A stretch of DNA of 64,000 nucleotides from the human T2T-CHM13v2.0 reference genome, Homo sapiens, in NCBI RefSeq assembly GCF_009914755.1, contig NC_060942.1, one strand, 5' to 3'. This document shows, piece after piece, positions 34,161-47,623 of the stretch; positions within the stretch are counted from its first letter, which is position 1; every line of letters begins with the position of its first letter. The position numbers and the translations under genes were made by a program. The notes under the pieces are model-generated. The model made no database searches. It was not told the DNA's origin and saw only the letters and a list, made by a program, of their open reading frames with translations.

Positions 34161-34197
34161 AAGACCTATGACATCTGCATGGCTGGCTGTGGGATTA

Positions 34198-34400
34198 CAT
34201 ATATATATTATATATATTTTTAAAAATATATGTATATATGTATATATATTACATATATACACACACATATATATCTACATATATGTAATATATGTATATA
34301 TATTTATTATATGTATATATATACATATATACATGTATGTAATATAGATGTATATATGTTACATATATACACACATATACATATATACACATATATTTTT
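34198..34400. repeat. (TA)/(CA)-rich low-complexity repeat
   Basis: Imperfect TATATA/TACA alternating run. Confidence 0.9.
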
Positions 34401-35100
34401 TTAAAATTCTGCACTCATAAAAGTAGATTTGAGTTAGATTTTTGCCATAACAGAACAAGCCACAAAATTGAAATTTAAAAAGAAGGGGGAAGGAGGAGAT
34501 ATTTTAATTCAGTTTTAGATTTCCCTGCTATAGAATGTTTGCTTCCTGACTTTTAAAGAGGCAGCAGAGTATGTCCAAGAATTCTCACCTGGGAAGACAG
34601 ACATTCCAGGGAAACACTGATATTTTTGTTTTCTCCTCACTGGGAAAAAGGCAGCTGGCCTTCAGAAAACAACTTGCATGTACCTTATCTTCCCCACCCT
34701 CCCAACAGCCCCTCAGGCCCTTGCTGGAGTCTTACATCTGTGTAGAAGTTGTGCCAAGTCTAAGAAAATTTCACCCCAGGAGCAGTCGCTTAGCTTCCGA
34801 GTCCACACAGCAGCAACCTGCCCCATGGTTTTTAGTTTGACACTGTGTTGATCCTTTTCAGTTGTAAATCTTTCCAAAAATATGAGTAGGGGCCAGAGGA
34901 AACAGGAGAAGAAAAAGATGCATTTTGGTAGGATTATTGCTCGTCAAAGACCTTGGAATGCTGTGGAAACTGTGGCAAAGCAGTTGGTACTGTGTCAAGA
35001 ACAGAGAGAGAGACATCGGGTACTGAAGCCAGGGGACCAGTTCCTTGGTGTTGCTTTGGCATTGATGCCTGAAGTGGGAGGAGAAAGCCGAGCCCACAAA

Positions 35101-35248
35101 CACACAGAGCAGAGTGGGGCTCTGAGTATATAACTGTTAGGTGCCTCCCTCCAGCACCATCTCCTGAGAAGCACTCTCCCTTGTCGTGGAGGTGGGCAAA
35201 TCTTTATCAGCCACTGCCTTCTGCTGCCAGGAAGCCAGCTAGAGTGGT
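35101..35248 (+). other. SLC14A1: SLC14A1 exon 1 (non-coding; start approximate, ~35101-35160)
   Basis: Ends at donor GGT|GTAAGT (35248/35249); sequence matches my recollection of the mRNA 5' end. Confidence 0.7.
35127..35133 (+). promoter_or_regulatory. TATA-like box of the SLC14A1 proximal promoter
   Basis: TATATAA ~115 nt upstream of the exon 1 donor; GATA motif TTATCA at 35204-35209. Confidence 0.55.
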
Positions 35249-35924
35249 GTAAGTACTCATCCTTATTTCTATTCATTTCCAACTATTCATCATTTGGGGC
35301 TTGTCTTCACAGTTCTAAGTTTTGCTCTTTTTCTTAATGAAGAAAATGTTTTATATCACCGGAATTGATCAGAAGTAGCAAAATCAGAGTTCTGGTAGAC
35401 TAGAAAGCAATTTACCAAAGCCACAGGCTTCTTCCTGGAAGCTCAAAGGCATGCCTTTATTCGTGATTTCTGAAGCAAGGTGCATGCAGCACCTGAGCTG
35501 ATGTGGAAGAGGGTTTGCAGGGAGGTGTCCACCCAATGTGCTCAATGATTCTGGGTTAATCAACACTATTAGGAGTTTCAGGTTGTGTTCTTGAAATAAT
35601 AATTTGGGCTGTGTTCTTGAAATAAGTTCGAGGCGAGTGTCTACAAGACTCAAAAGAAAAAAGTGGGCCACTGGGAATGGCCCTTTCCAGTGATGGATTT
35701 ATGGACTCCTCTGTGTGTGCTGTCATGCTGAAGGGAATGTTCTTGTGCACCCATCGGGAGAACAAGTCAGTCACAACTGAAGCCACGAATTTGGCAGCTT
35801 CCTTGCAGCTGCACTCTCTGGAGTCTGGAATCAAGACTTCTGGGAGTAGTGTTTTCCAAGGAGGGAAGTGTTTTAACCAGGACACAGGAATATCTGACAG
35901 CATTTTCTTTGTTTCCAATTACAG

Positions 35925-35988
35925 CTTTAAAGAAAACTGGGCATCTCCTGCTACTTAAAATCAAAAACTACCTAAAATAAAGATTATA
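35925..35988 (+). other. SLC14A1: SLC14A1 exon 2 (non-coding, 64 nt)
   Basis: Acceptor TTTCTTTGTTTCCAATTACAG| and donor ATA|GTAAGT. Confidence 0.75.
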
Positions 35989-37471
35989 GTAAGTACCAAA
36001 TAAGTGTCAATGCTGAAAGTCTCTTTATTATGCTAGACCATGAGTGTTTAAATGCTTTCTTCTATATCCATATCCAACACTTCATATTATTTTTAAAAGT
36101 AATAGCTGAAGCATGGAAAATTGAAGACTTCAGGTCTCTCCAATTGCACAAATTTCTAATACATGCTGGCAATAGAATATATTTTATTTCGTGTAATAAA
36201 ATAGAGGATATTAGTTGACCTGAAATCTTGATATTGCCTTGTATTAAAATGCTAAGCACTGCTTCATTTTACTAGTGATCTGGGGTATGAAAAGTGCTTT
36301 TTGACTTCTGCTGGAAAGCTCTTCAGGTGCAGCTTCCAGGATATTCTTGGGATGTTAACTTCAGCACACATAAGCCTTGCTGTAGATGTGTCAGCTTTGA
36401 GGCACAGGGAGACATTTGTTTGTCAGAGAGTAACTGCTTCTGGCAAGGGCATAGGGTGAAACTGGGGATAGCAGAGCTCTTTCTTTGTGGTTGTTCAACC
36501 CCCACCCCAAGATTAGTTCAAAGTGACCGTGAAGATAGTCTGTGCCCACCGCATCGCTAAGTCCTAGCCCTCTCTGCATACTCCAGCACACAGAAACTGC
36601 TGCTTCACTTGTTTGTTGACTTGAACCGAACCTTGGGTGGCATTAATGTGCCTGGCCCAAGACTGAAAAATTAAGAACCACCAGAGCTGACCTATTCCAT
36701 AAGACCCAGTCTGCCTGCCACGTACTGAGTGAATCTGGATGATGCCCACTCTGATCCTTGGTTTTCTCTTCTATAAAATGAAGGCTTGAACTACATGGTC
36801 TCTAAAATCCTACCTAGCTCTCAAATTTCTCTTGGTTCTAGGAAAATATTGATGTTGAGCTCAAGGAAGGGGTTCTCCAAGGTGTGTGATTTTGGTGGTA
36901 GAGGAAAGGCCGGTGCCAGGCAGGGGCAGAAGGAGACGCTGTCTACACTGAGAAAATGTGACAACCCCTGCTTGTCTCTTTTTTCATTCTTCATTGTTTC
37001 TTATTTCTTTGTTTTTAGCTTTATATAACATGAGAGCCCTACCACTGGGTTTCTTAACCATTTGTTCTTTATCAAATAAAAATATTCATAATGCAACATG
37101 CAGGCACATCAGTGTGGTACAGAACTAGCCAGCTAGTTTACTATAGGTAAATATACACACATGCATGCACACACACAATTTTTACCTGAGACATGTCAGA
37201 AGTGTTTCCTAAAATTGTGGATTTTTCTGAGTCATTCTGGTAAAGGGTAGGTTTTCAGGTTTTAGGCCAAGCCAGAAGAAGAAAGTAAAAACAGAATAAA
37301 CAACAGGGGGAGAAAAAGAGAAATACCACACACACAACTGGAACTTCTGGTAAAAGAGTGATATTCTTGGATGCAATGGAAGTTTTAAAAAGGAAAAAGA
37401 AAATTTATAAAAAGCTGCCACATTTGTGGAATTCAACTAAAAACTGTTTATTATTAACAAAGTGATGTTCA

Positions 37472-37771
<300 letters not shown>

Positions 37772-38246
37772 TCATAAACAAGGCCAAGGGAAACTGCTGT
37801 GGAGCAACCTGTTGCTTTGGTGTTGGTCCCCAAGATGCAGCCCTCACAATCTGCCCCCAAACGTGTCAGAACATGAACCCCCTCCTCCCCCTCTGGAAGA
37901 GGCAACCTCAGATCCAACAGCAGAGACACGCAGCAGAACAAAATCTGGGCATTGGTCCCTGTGTAGGATGGCTTCCCGTTATTTTTTTTTTAAGCAAAGT
38001 AAATGAACATCAAATTTCCATAGTCAGCTGCTGTCTTTCTGCCCACTGAGAGCTCTTTGGTGAAGGCAAAGTCCTCCTTCTCCATTAGCGGTCTCCCATG
38101 TGGGGCCACATCTTCCCTCACCAGGAACCCAGTGGGCGCGCTCCAGCCCCCCTCAGCTTGCCTTTTGCGTGGTCATTAGAGCTAGGGCACACGTCATGCT
38201 GATTCACATATTTTTGCCCTTTGTCATGTATTGAGAAAAAGTAAGG

Positions 38247-38393
38247 ATGAATGGATGGTCTTTGATTGGCGGCGCTGGTGACGCCCGTCATGGTCCTGTT
38301 TGGAAGGACCCTTTTGGAACTAAAGCTGGTGACGCAGCGCGCAGAGGAATCGCCCGGCTAAGCTTGGCCCTGGCAGATGGGTCGCAGGAACAG
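38247..38393 (+). CDS. SLC14A1: SLC14A1 exon 3 coding part: N-terminal extension of the long (445-aa) isoform
   Basis: MNGWSLIGGAGDARHGPVW...DGSQEQ, 147 nt, donor CAG|GTATGC; in frame with exon 4 acceptor at 41275 ([12 protein letters not shown]). Confidence 0.85.
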
Positions 38394-41295
38394 GTATGCT
38401 TCCTTCGTGCAGCCTCTGGCTCGGGGAACCTGGGAGCCTGCTCCAAACTCTGGTGTATCTTTTCTGGGCAGAGCCTGGGAAGTGGGGGTTGGCTGTGAGC
38501 TAAGCCAAAGGCACAGGGATCTTGGTCCAAAAAGCCCCATGGCGCTCACCTTGGTTTAGAGGCTAGACCATTGAGCTGAGAAGTTTTGACAGCCATGGAA
38601 AAGCTGGGGATAAGTCACCTGGGGTTTTACGTTTACCCTGTGTCTATTTTATTAGAGTGCCTTTTACTTATTGTCCCTTCTTCTTAGTTGAAATTAATGG
38701 CCTGCTTCACTGGGGCTAAGATGTTTGAACATTAGCAGAAGGTCCTGGCTGCATAGCCTTGCCTTGTCTTCCCAGTTAGGATGTAAGGACTCTTAAAGTT
38801 CCCTAAGAAATGCAAATATTTTAGCATGGCAAAATTCTAGGCCAACTACAACTGTAAGTTTCGTATTTCTCCTAAGTGGTTCTCATGCCTGACTTCTGGA
38901 GCAAGGAGTCAGGTCTCCCAGGGGCTCTAGAAGGGTTCAGCTGTTCAGAATAAATGGTTCCTGGGGACTCTAAAATAGCAGCAACTGTCTGCCCAGGTCA
39001 TGAGAAGACCCCTCTCTGCAGGACATCCTAGCCCTACAACCCATCCCAATTATGTTGAAATTAGATTCACAAATGGCAATAAGTCTTCTATATGTTGGGC
39101 TGTCGATTTGGAGAAAACTAGTTTAATCTTTACTTAACTTTGGGTGGCTCAACAGGAGACTCGGGCCGCTCAGGCTCTCAATCACGTCTGGCCAGTTTTA
39201 TTATCAGTTTTCGAATCTGTATCTCCAAAATCTCTGAGGTGATGGGATATTTCAAGCCCTCTAAAATAAATAAATATATGCTGGGAATTTTGAGAACATG
39301 AATTTGTTTATTCTGAAATGGTCCGTGTTCCTGCTTTGGGAGTTGATGGAAAATGCCACTTGAGTGTTTTCATTTGATGCTGCCACCTTAGGGTTTTATA
39401 GATTCAGTTCCAGAAACTCAAGGCATTTATCTCTTTGGGCTGCTTGTCCTTGCCTGAGCTGAAGCCTGATGCCTCCCATAAGTTGGTATGGCTTTGAAAA
39501 TGGGTCACTACAGCAGAGGCATGGGCTTATCAAGCAATATGTTCAGCTATGAAATTTGAAGAGGGAGATAATCTGAAAATAAATGACAGCCACCACTTAG
39601 ATTATGAAATAGAAGTACTTTTTCATAAGTGCTTAATTATTCATACGGTTTTTTATCTTTAACTATGGAGCCAACTCAGCTCCATATGGACTTAATTTTG
39701 GTTCCTGACCTCCAAGATTCATTGCAAGTCACACAGATGTTGGTATCTAACATTGTTTTACCGAGATAAAATGACCTTGGTCTGGAATGCATTGTATAAA
39801 AAGCTGCTTTTTTGTGTAATGATTAATAGTTTGGCATTGTTTAAAAAGCAGAATGGTTAGTTGGGCAGTGAGGTAATACAATTGAAATGTAATTGCTAGC
39901 AATAAATCAGTTACCCATATTGATTTCTTTACTGGGATTAATAGAAGCCAAAGCTAGAGTTCAATTTTTTTTAATAGGTATAACTTAGTATCTGTTCATT
40001 GCTATTTGTTAGCTATGGTAAATGGAACAATGATGGGGCCAGAAATATCCATGAGGACCATTTGATCACAGCCTGGCAACACAGAGAAGACAGGCTGGTT
40101 TCTCTATGTGGGCTTTCAGTGTTTCTTTGGTAGTGTCTTATGTGTCTGTGGCTTCAACATTCCACAATTATGCCTTCCAGGGTCTGATGATTTTGGCGTT
40201 TCCCTGCTTCCCAATTGACCTGGCTGTGCTGTTGGCTGTTCTTGCACACTCAAGGTGGTTTTGCCATTGGCTTCCTCCCTCAGCCTGCCTCTGGGATTAT
40301 GCCACTGCTATTCTTTTTTATCTACCATCAGCACAATGAAATCATCATTTTTGTCTTCAAGGTAGCAAATTCTGGTGATATTGGTGCTTTCTTGCAGCTA
40401 CTTATCATGAGAAGTGAATGGTCTCATAGTGAACACAGTCATGGTTATAGTGTTCATACGTTCCAGAGACATGTTTCCTATAATTATGCCCTGCACATTT
40501 TTCTATCATACAATCCTTAGATTACAGCTCTTTGGTTTTCAACAGCTTTGTCCAATTCCATCTTTCCCAGTTTCTCTACCTTGATGAAATATCCTTCTTG
40601 CCTGGTTTTACATATTTAAATAACAAATTCCAAAAGTAAAGAGTATCTGAGGCAGTCACATGACATAAGGACAAATTCAAGCCATCTTGGACTTGCAGAG
40701 GGTGGGGAGACCATGTCAACACACACAATTTTAAAAATTTCTTCCCTTTCAATCTTTTAAAAACAAAACTTTTTATAAAATAAAAATGTAATTTAAAAAG
40801 GCTACCTGTCTTGGCAAGCAGCTGATCAGCCTGCATTGGTGAGCAGGCCATTCCATAACCTGGTTTCTTGCTCCTTAATTGACAGCATGGAGCTAACGTA
40901 CTTAATTTCAGCTCTTTCTACGTGATTTGACTCATTCTGTTAACATTAACTGTTTTTCAGTCTTCTCAACTAGACTGAACTCCTTAAGTGCAAGAAATAC
41001 ACGCTTAGTAAATGTTTGTTGGACCAGACACTGCACCTTATGAAATTAAAGACCAGAACATTCTCATGGTAGCATTACAGACACTGATGGCAAAGGTACT
41101 GTGGGATTTGGGTTTGGCTAATAAGCTCTGTGGTGGTGTTTCAGAAGGAAAATGGTGCTCTCTTAGTTCTATGGAACATAGTGGTCCAGATCTTCTGCTG
41201 TAACCAGGCCCAAAGCTGGCTAATCTGGAGGGCTCTGCCTTAGGGATACTTATAAGCTCTGTCCTTCCCTCAAGGAGCCAGAGGAAGAGATAGCC

Positions 41296-41446
41296 ATGGA
41301 GGACAGCCCCACTATGGTTAGAGTGGACAGCCCCACTATGGTTAGGGGTGAAAACCAGGTTTCGCCATGTCAAGGGAGAAGGTGCTTCCCCAAAGCTCTT
41401 GGCTATGTCACCGGTGACATGAAAGAACTTGCCAACCAGCTTAAAG
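41296..41446 (+). CDS. SLC14A1: SLC14A1 exon 4 coding part (exon starts 41275); UT-B1 start codon, c.1-151
   Basis: GCCATGG Kozak; [21 protein letters not shown]...ANQLK; donor AAG|GTATTT. Confidence 0.97.
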
Positions 41447-41989
41447 GTATTTATCCTTTCACATTTTGGAGAGACAGGAGAAGTAGCTTTGGGGGAAATG
41501 GTTTCCTGGTACTTCTACTTATACCTTTAGTTATATTCTCCAACTTTTTATAGATCTCTTTACTCACCATTTTTCTACTTTTATCTTTTAACCTGCAAAC
41601 CTCTCCATTTTTTTTTCTTATGGAGACAGTAGCCAGGGCCCAGCTCATATTAGAAGGCACCTGGCTTCATCCTGTAGTTTCAGTACTTAAAACTTAAATT
41701 TATTCCTTTGGCTTCAGAATTTGTACCTATAAGCATGAAAATAAGTGCATTAGATGCTTTCAGGAGCTTAGATTCTAGGAGGGGCAGTGTGGGTTGAGCA
41801 TACAGTAGATAGAGGCTTTCAGGGATCTGGGTGCCACTAATGCAACAATGGGTTCAGAGAGAAATATTAAAGAAATATCAAAAATGTTTCACTTCCAGGA
41901 GGTTTTGCTGATTTTGCTCAGGGTGGGCCTGTGGTTGAAGAGTATCACTTGGCAGCTTCCTTAGCTCTGCTTTACCTCATCCCTTCCAG

Positions 41990-42179
41990 ACAAACCCGTG
42001 GTGCTCCAGTTCATTGACTGGATTCTCCGGGGCATATCCCAAGTGGTGTTCGTCAACAACCCCGTCAGTGGAATCCTGATTCTGGTAGGACTTCTTGTTC
42101 AGAACCCCTGGTGGGCTCTCACTGGCTGGCTGGGAACAGTGGTCTCCACTCTGATGGCCCTCTTGCTCAGCCAGGACAG
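41990..42179 (+). CDS. SLC14A1: SLC14A1 exon 5, c.152-341
   Basis: CCAG|ACAAA...[25 protein letters not shown]...LLSQD; donor CAG|GTAGGT; 190 nt. Confidence 0.97.
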
Positions 42180-43814
42180 GTAGGTGTACCCTTTCAAGCC
42201 TTCTCAGCTCCCTTCTGAGACACAGGGGCTGACCAGTTACTGTGGGCAACAGTGATAAAACCACATCCTTCCCAGGATAAACAACATTTAGTCCACAGAA
42301 CTGTTTATATTTGTTTTTAGTCAGAGGTCAGGGAATCAGTTACAGTCTCTTGCTCTTGATATCTGAATAAATGGCTGGTCTAAATGATGGCAGATTCTTG
42401 TGGCATTATGTGCTAACCAGAACTAAGCTACAAGTATTTCCCTGGAGAGGTTCTGAAGGGATCTTCTTTAATGATTGATAAAATTATTTGTCATCAGCAT
42501 TCTATTTGGGAAAAAGTGCATATGAATTCAGAAAAAGTTTTAGTGGCTTAATAACCCCCGTTATATCTTGTTGCTGTGATGAGTTTAGGAAACTCATTCT
42601 TCATAGACAGTGCAAAGGTCAGCTCAGCTCCTGGAGAAAAGAATAACCATGAATTCCAATTGAGTGGATTCTGACTTAAGAAGCCTTAGTGAGTCTTCTG
42701 ATATACTGATTAGATTAAAAATAGCACACACTTTATAAATTGATCTGTCATTGAAGAAGTGATGAGCTGACTCTCACCAGGGCAGTAGATAGCTCCCCAC
42801 TAGCCAGTTCCTTTAGGGAGGGAACCAGTATTCCAGGTGTCTGAGATCAACGCATAATCCCAATCCCCAGTGTGGTCATTACACAACTAAGCTCTTGTAA
42901 CACTGGCTGCAAATTGCCTAAAGAGGTCCGTGGGGAGAGAGTTAGCAAATGCTCCACTTTTCTATCAATTTCAAGGAGTCTGATTTGCTCCCTGTAGAAG
43001 GGGATTTTATAGCTTAGGTTAAACTCTATTCCAATGCATGCCAAGAAAAGGTCTCCTCAGTTTGGGGATGGAGTCTATAATTGTGCCATACTGAATATTC
43101 CTTTATGATTTTGCTCTGATGAAACATGATCAACTCATTTTTTGTCAGATATTATTTAGAAGACAAGTCATTTATATGTGTTAGTTTCAAATGTTTTACT
43201 TTCCTTGGTCTGAAAAGACTGCATTAAAATGGAAATTCTCTGTTTTAAGTAAATATATGTCTTCCTGTGGCTTTAACTATGGCATTCCACAATTTGTAGA
43301 TGTTGCCATTAATTTTCCACTGATCAAACTCAAGCATTAACATCTCCAAGTCAGTTGTTGAGAGGACAAGTCTGCATAGCTCTCTACTGTCATGTGTAGT
43401 CCCAGTCTCTGAGTTGTACCTTTGCAAATTGTATCACCTCCCATTTGCCCTCAAGGATTATTTAAGGGAGACAAAGAACTTTTGAATAGGGAACCCCACA
43501 TTTAATGTTCATCTGGATTAATGTACGTAACATCATCTTGCCTGTTGCAATGGTGCCTCCTGGCCCAGTTAGAAACAAGCCAAGAAGCAGCTGTCACACT
43601 ATCCCTTACCAGCCCTGCAGTGTGGCTCACTGGCTATAGCACCTCCTGCTCGAGCCCAGCATTAGGCCTCACCTACTCACTTCACCATCTTTACTCCCCC
43701 ATCCCCCTACAGACATCATCCTTGAGTGACAGGCCCTTGGGAAGTGGATCCTGTGCCTTTCACGGTGCCAGACGTTGCCAACTCTCAGAGCTGTGGGAGT
43801 CCTGCCTTGTCAGG

Positions 43815-44222
43815 TCAATCAATCTAGGTGTCCATCAATGGTGGATTATATAAAGAATATGTGGTGCATATACAACACGAACTACTACATAGCCATAAAA
43901 AGGATTGAAATCAAGTCCTTTGCAGCAGCATGGATGTATCTGGAGACCAATATCCTAAGTGAATTAATGTAGTAACAGAAAATCAAATACCACACGTTTT
44001 CACTTACAATTAGGAGCTAAACACTGGGTAAACACGGACATGGAAATAGTAGACAACTGGGACTCCAAAAGAGGAGAGGAAGGGAAACAAGTGTTGAAAA
44101 CCTACCTATCAGGTACTTTGTTCACTATTTGGGTGAGGAGTTCAATAGAAGCCCAAACCTCAGTCAGCATCATGCAATACATCTATGTAACAAACCTGCA
44201 CATGTACCCCCTCAATCTAAAG
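43815..44222 (+). mobile_element. L1 3' end fragment (L1PB/L1MA-like)
   Basis: GGTGTCCATCAATGG...CAGAAAATCAAATACCAC...AACCTGCACATGTACCCCCTCAATCTAAA. Confidence 0.8.
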
Positions 44223-44698
44223 AAGGAGAAGAAGACGGGGAAGAAATGAGATTGAATACTAAGCAAAAAGTAACCTCAGAAAGAACTGGGTGCTCAACAT
44301 GCACATAATTAAATGGGGTACTTCTCCAAGTAAGAGAAAAGCAATTGTTCTTCTTTGCAATAACTTTGAAATGTGTGTTTGGAGACAACAAAATAGAAGC
44401 ATCAGGACACAAAAATGTATACTAACCTGGAAGATTAATGTTGATAAGATCAAAGACACTGTGAAAGTGAATTTACATTTCAGGAATCTTATATCTCTCA
44501 CCAAGAAATCAAACTTAAGCAACAGTTTCATATGCTAAAAGCGCTCTTCAAGTCAGAGGCTCTTGATTTAAAAGAATAACTTTCCAAAGGAAAGGCTAAA
44601 AGAAAACAGAGCAGATTGCCTTACTAAACTCCCCTTTCCTCTCAGCCACTGTAGACCTGTCTTTAGCCGTGACACCTGTAGAGGGAGTCATTCTCTAT

Positions 44699-45034
44699 CA
44701 GGGGTCCCCAACCCCTGCACTGGAGACAGGTACCTGTCTGTGGCCTGTTGGGAACTGGGCCGCACAGCAGGAGGTGAGCGGTGGGCGAGTGAGCATTTCC
44801 ACCTGAGCTCCGCCTCCTGTCAGATCAGCAGAAGCATTAGCTTCTCATAAGAGTGCGAACCCCATTATGAACTGGGCATGTGAGGGATCTAGGTTGCTTG
44901 CTCCTTATGAGAATCTAATGCCTGATAATCTGAGGTGGAACAGTTTCATCCCGAAATCATCCCCCATTCCCCATCCATGGAAAATTGTCTTCCATGAAAC
45001 CTGTCCCTGGGGCCAAAAAGGCTGGGGACCACTG
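44699..45034. mobile_element. MER1B-like hAT-Charlie DNA transposon
   Basis: Termini CAGGGGTCCCCAACC ... GGCTGGGGACCACTG (terminal inverted repeats), ~336 bp. Confidence 0.85.
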
Positions 45035-45247
45035 ATCTAAATGCACATTTATATTTTTATCTATGTATATTTCACTTCATGTCTTTATTAGTTTTTGTAC
45101 GATGCTTACGTAGACTTTGAAATACATTTCCAAATATAATCTCATTTTTTAATATGAATATGATCTGGAAGTTACTAGTGTTATTTATGTGCAAGTGCAA
45201 CCAAAGCTCACCCAGGAAATGTCCGTGCTGTGTCTCTTGCCCCACAG

Positions 45248-45376
45248 GTCATTAATAGCATCTGGGCTCTATGGCTACAATGCCACCCTGGTGGGAGTAC
45301 TCATGGCTGTCTTTTCGGACAAGGGAGACTATTTCTGGTGGCTGTTACTCCCTGTATGTGCTATGTCCATGACTTG
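45248..45376 (+). CDS. SLC14A1: SLC14A1 exon 6, c.342-470
   Basis: CCCACAG|GTCATTA; [22 protein letters not shown]...AMSMT; donor TTG|GTAAGT; 129 nt. Confidence 0.97.
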
Positions 45377-45714
45377 GTAAGTTACAATTGGTTTTCAAAA
45401 TGCCTTTTTGAAAAAAAAAAACATGGCAGAAGGAGGGAATGGGAGTTGTTATATGGCAGAGTTTCAGTTTTGCAAGATGAAAAATGTTCTCTGAATGTAT
45501 AGTGGTGATGGTTGTACAACAATGTGATTGTCCTTAATGTCATTGAGCTGCACATTTAAAAATGGTTAGCCGGGTGCGGTGGTTCTTGTTTGTAGTCCAA
45601 ACTATTCAGAAGGCTGAGGGGGAAGGATCACTTGAGCCCAGGAGTTAGGGGCTGCAGTGAGCTATGATTGCGTCACCGCACTCCAGTTCTCCGAACCTCC
45701 TTGCTTGGGCTAAG

Positions 45715-45810
45715 TGAGGAGGAGGAGGAGGAGGAGAAGGATGGAAAGGAGGAGGAGTAGCAGGAGGAGCAGGAGGGCAAGGAGAAGGAGGAAGAGGAGC
45801 AGGAGGAGGA
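45715..45810. repeat. (GGA)n-rich purine tract after an Alu right-monomer fragment (~45567-45685)
   Basis: GAGGAGGAGG... imperfect repeat. Confidence 0.8.
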
Positions 45811-47430
45811 CAAACAGTTAAAATGGTAAATTTAAAATTGGATTCCAGTAGATTCTGTCTATTGGAAACAGAAACAACCATTTTAAAAGATGTATATTTC
45901 CTTACAACCAGTTATTTGGCCTTTTGTCTGATCTGGCTACACATCCACTAATACCTCTCAACCAGAGGTGGCTGCACATTGACACTTCCATGGGGAAGGG
46001 AAACAGTGCTGCAATGAAGATACGAGTGCAGGTGTCCTTTTGGTAGAAACACACTGATGCACGTGGCCCCCACATACACTTGACTCCTCCCTCCCAAGAC
46101 TCTACTGTCATTGGTCTGCGGTAGCGCCTGGGCTTTGGGAGTTTCTAAAGCTTCCCAGATGACTCTAAAGTATAGCCAAAGTTGAGACCCACTTCCTCCA
46201 TCATTGCCTCTCAAACTTGAGCAATATGAGAATCACCTGCAGGGTTTGTTACACCACAGGCATCTGCTCCCCGGCCCCAGGGTTTCTGATGCAGTCTATC
46301 TGGGGTGGGGCCCGAGAATTTGCGTTTCTAACGCATTCCCACATGATGCTGGGAGAACCACTGTGCCTACGTGAATTCCCCCTTACCCACCTGCCCCCCA
46401 GGTCTCCCTTAGAAAAAATTTTTTTGCTGAATTCCTTTTTTTTCAAACCCAAATCCTTCAAACTAGTTTTTATGTTGACAATGTCTTACATCCTTTTTCT
46501 GGAAACAAAGATTTCCTTCTTTCTATATTGTAGTTAAATATAAAATACTAATATGCACATAAATAAGCACAGCCTGCTGTGGGCAGTGTCTGCAGAAGGG
46601 CTGCCCACCCTTACTGTACCCACGGGTGTGTGGACGAGGACCTACCTGTAGAGCTAAACTCTTCAGGAAGTAATTTGGGCCCTGCTCTGAAGAATAGGTT
46701 CGTGGGAAGGAGGCCTAGCCTGTAAGTGCTCACCACGCTCCCTTCCACAATCCAGGAAAATGGGAGTTCTGGTCTTTAAGTGATGGCTCTTTGATTGGGC
46801 CAACAAGTGAGAGCCTATGAGGGACCTCGGGACCATGCAGCCCAGCCCCACAGTTTATGGGCTCTGAGGCTAAGGAGATGCGCCTTGCCTAGGTCATGCA
46901 ATTTATCAACAGCTCAAGGACACACACTCTGCCCCACCAACTGTGATATCATTTTCCTCCAGCTCACACTACCTGCATCCTTGAACGATTGTTTCTCTTT
47001 TCCAAAAATAGGTATATTAAAGAAATAATATCTGCCAAATCAGAATCAGGGTTGCCTCTAGTGGGGAGGGAGGGACATAAGAGCAAGTGGAGGGACAAAG
47101 GGGACTTTAACTATGTAGACAATATTTTATTTTGTATGTCATAAGTACTTCAAAAATATTTTTAAAATCTCAATATATAGCTCACTCTGAGCAACCCCAG
47201 AGTAGAATTTTTCAAAAGCCAAATAAGCTGAGAGTTGATTTTTTACTTTATGTAATATTTACTGCCTCTATAATAGGATTTATCCCAAGTTTTCTTTCTG
47301 TGGCAAATGTGCCAACACAACACGTAAGGGGCCTGTTGGCAGGTGAAACAAAGCCCCTCCAGAGTATAGCGATTCCGTGTGTCAGCCTGCTTTGTCACAT
47401 GCACATTCTTTTGCTCTGTTCTTTTTTTAG

Positions 47431-47623
47431 CCCAATTTTCTCAAGTGCATTGAATTCCATGCTCAGCAAATGGGACCTCCCCGTCTTCACCCTCCCTTTC
47501 AACATGGCGTTGTCAATGTACCTTTCAGCCACAGGACATTACAATCCGTTCTTTCCAGCCAAACTGGTCATACCTATAACTACAGCTCCAAATATCTCCT
47601 GGTCTGACCTCAGTGCCCTGGAG
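47431..47623 (+). CDS. SLC14A1: SLC14A1 exon 7, c.471-663
   Basis: TTTTTTTAG|CCCAATT; [24 protein letters not shown]...[11 protein letters not shown] with N-glycan sequon N211 at 47591; donor GAG|GTAAGA; 193 nt. Confidence 0.97.

Noticed and set aside
34230-34478. Tyr/Ile/His-rich ORFs
   Set aside because: Translation of the (TA)n low-complexity tract.
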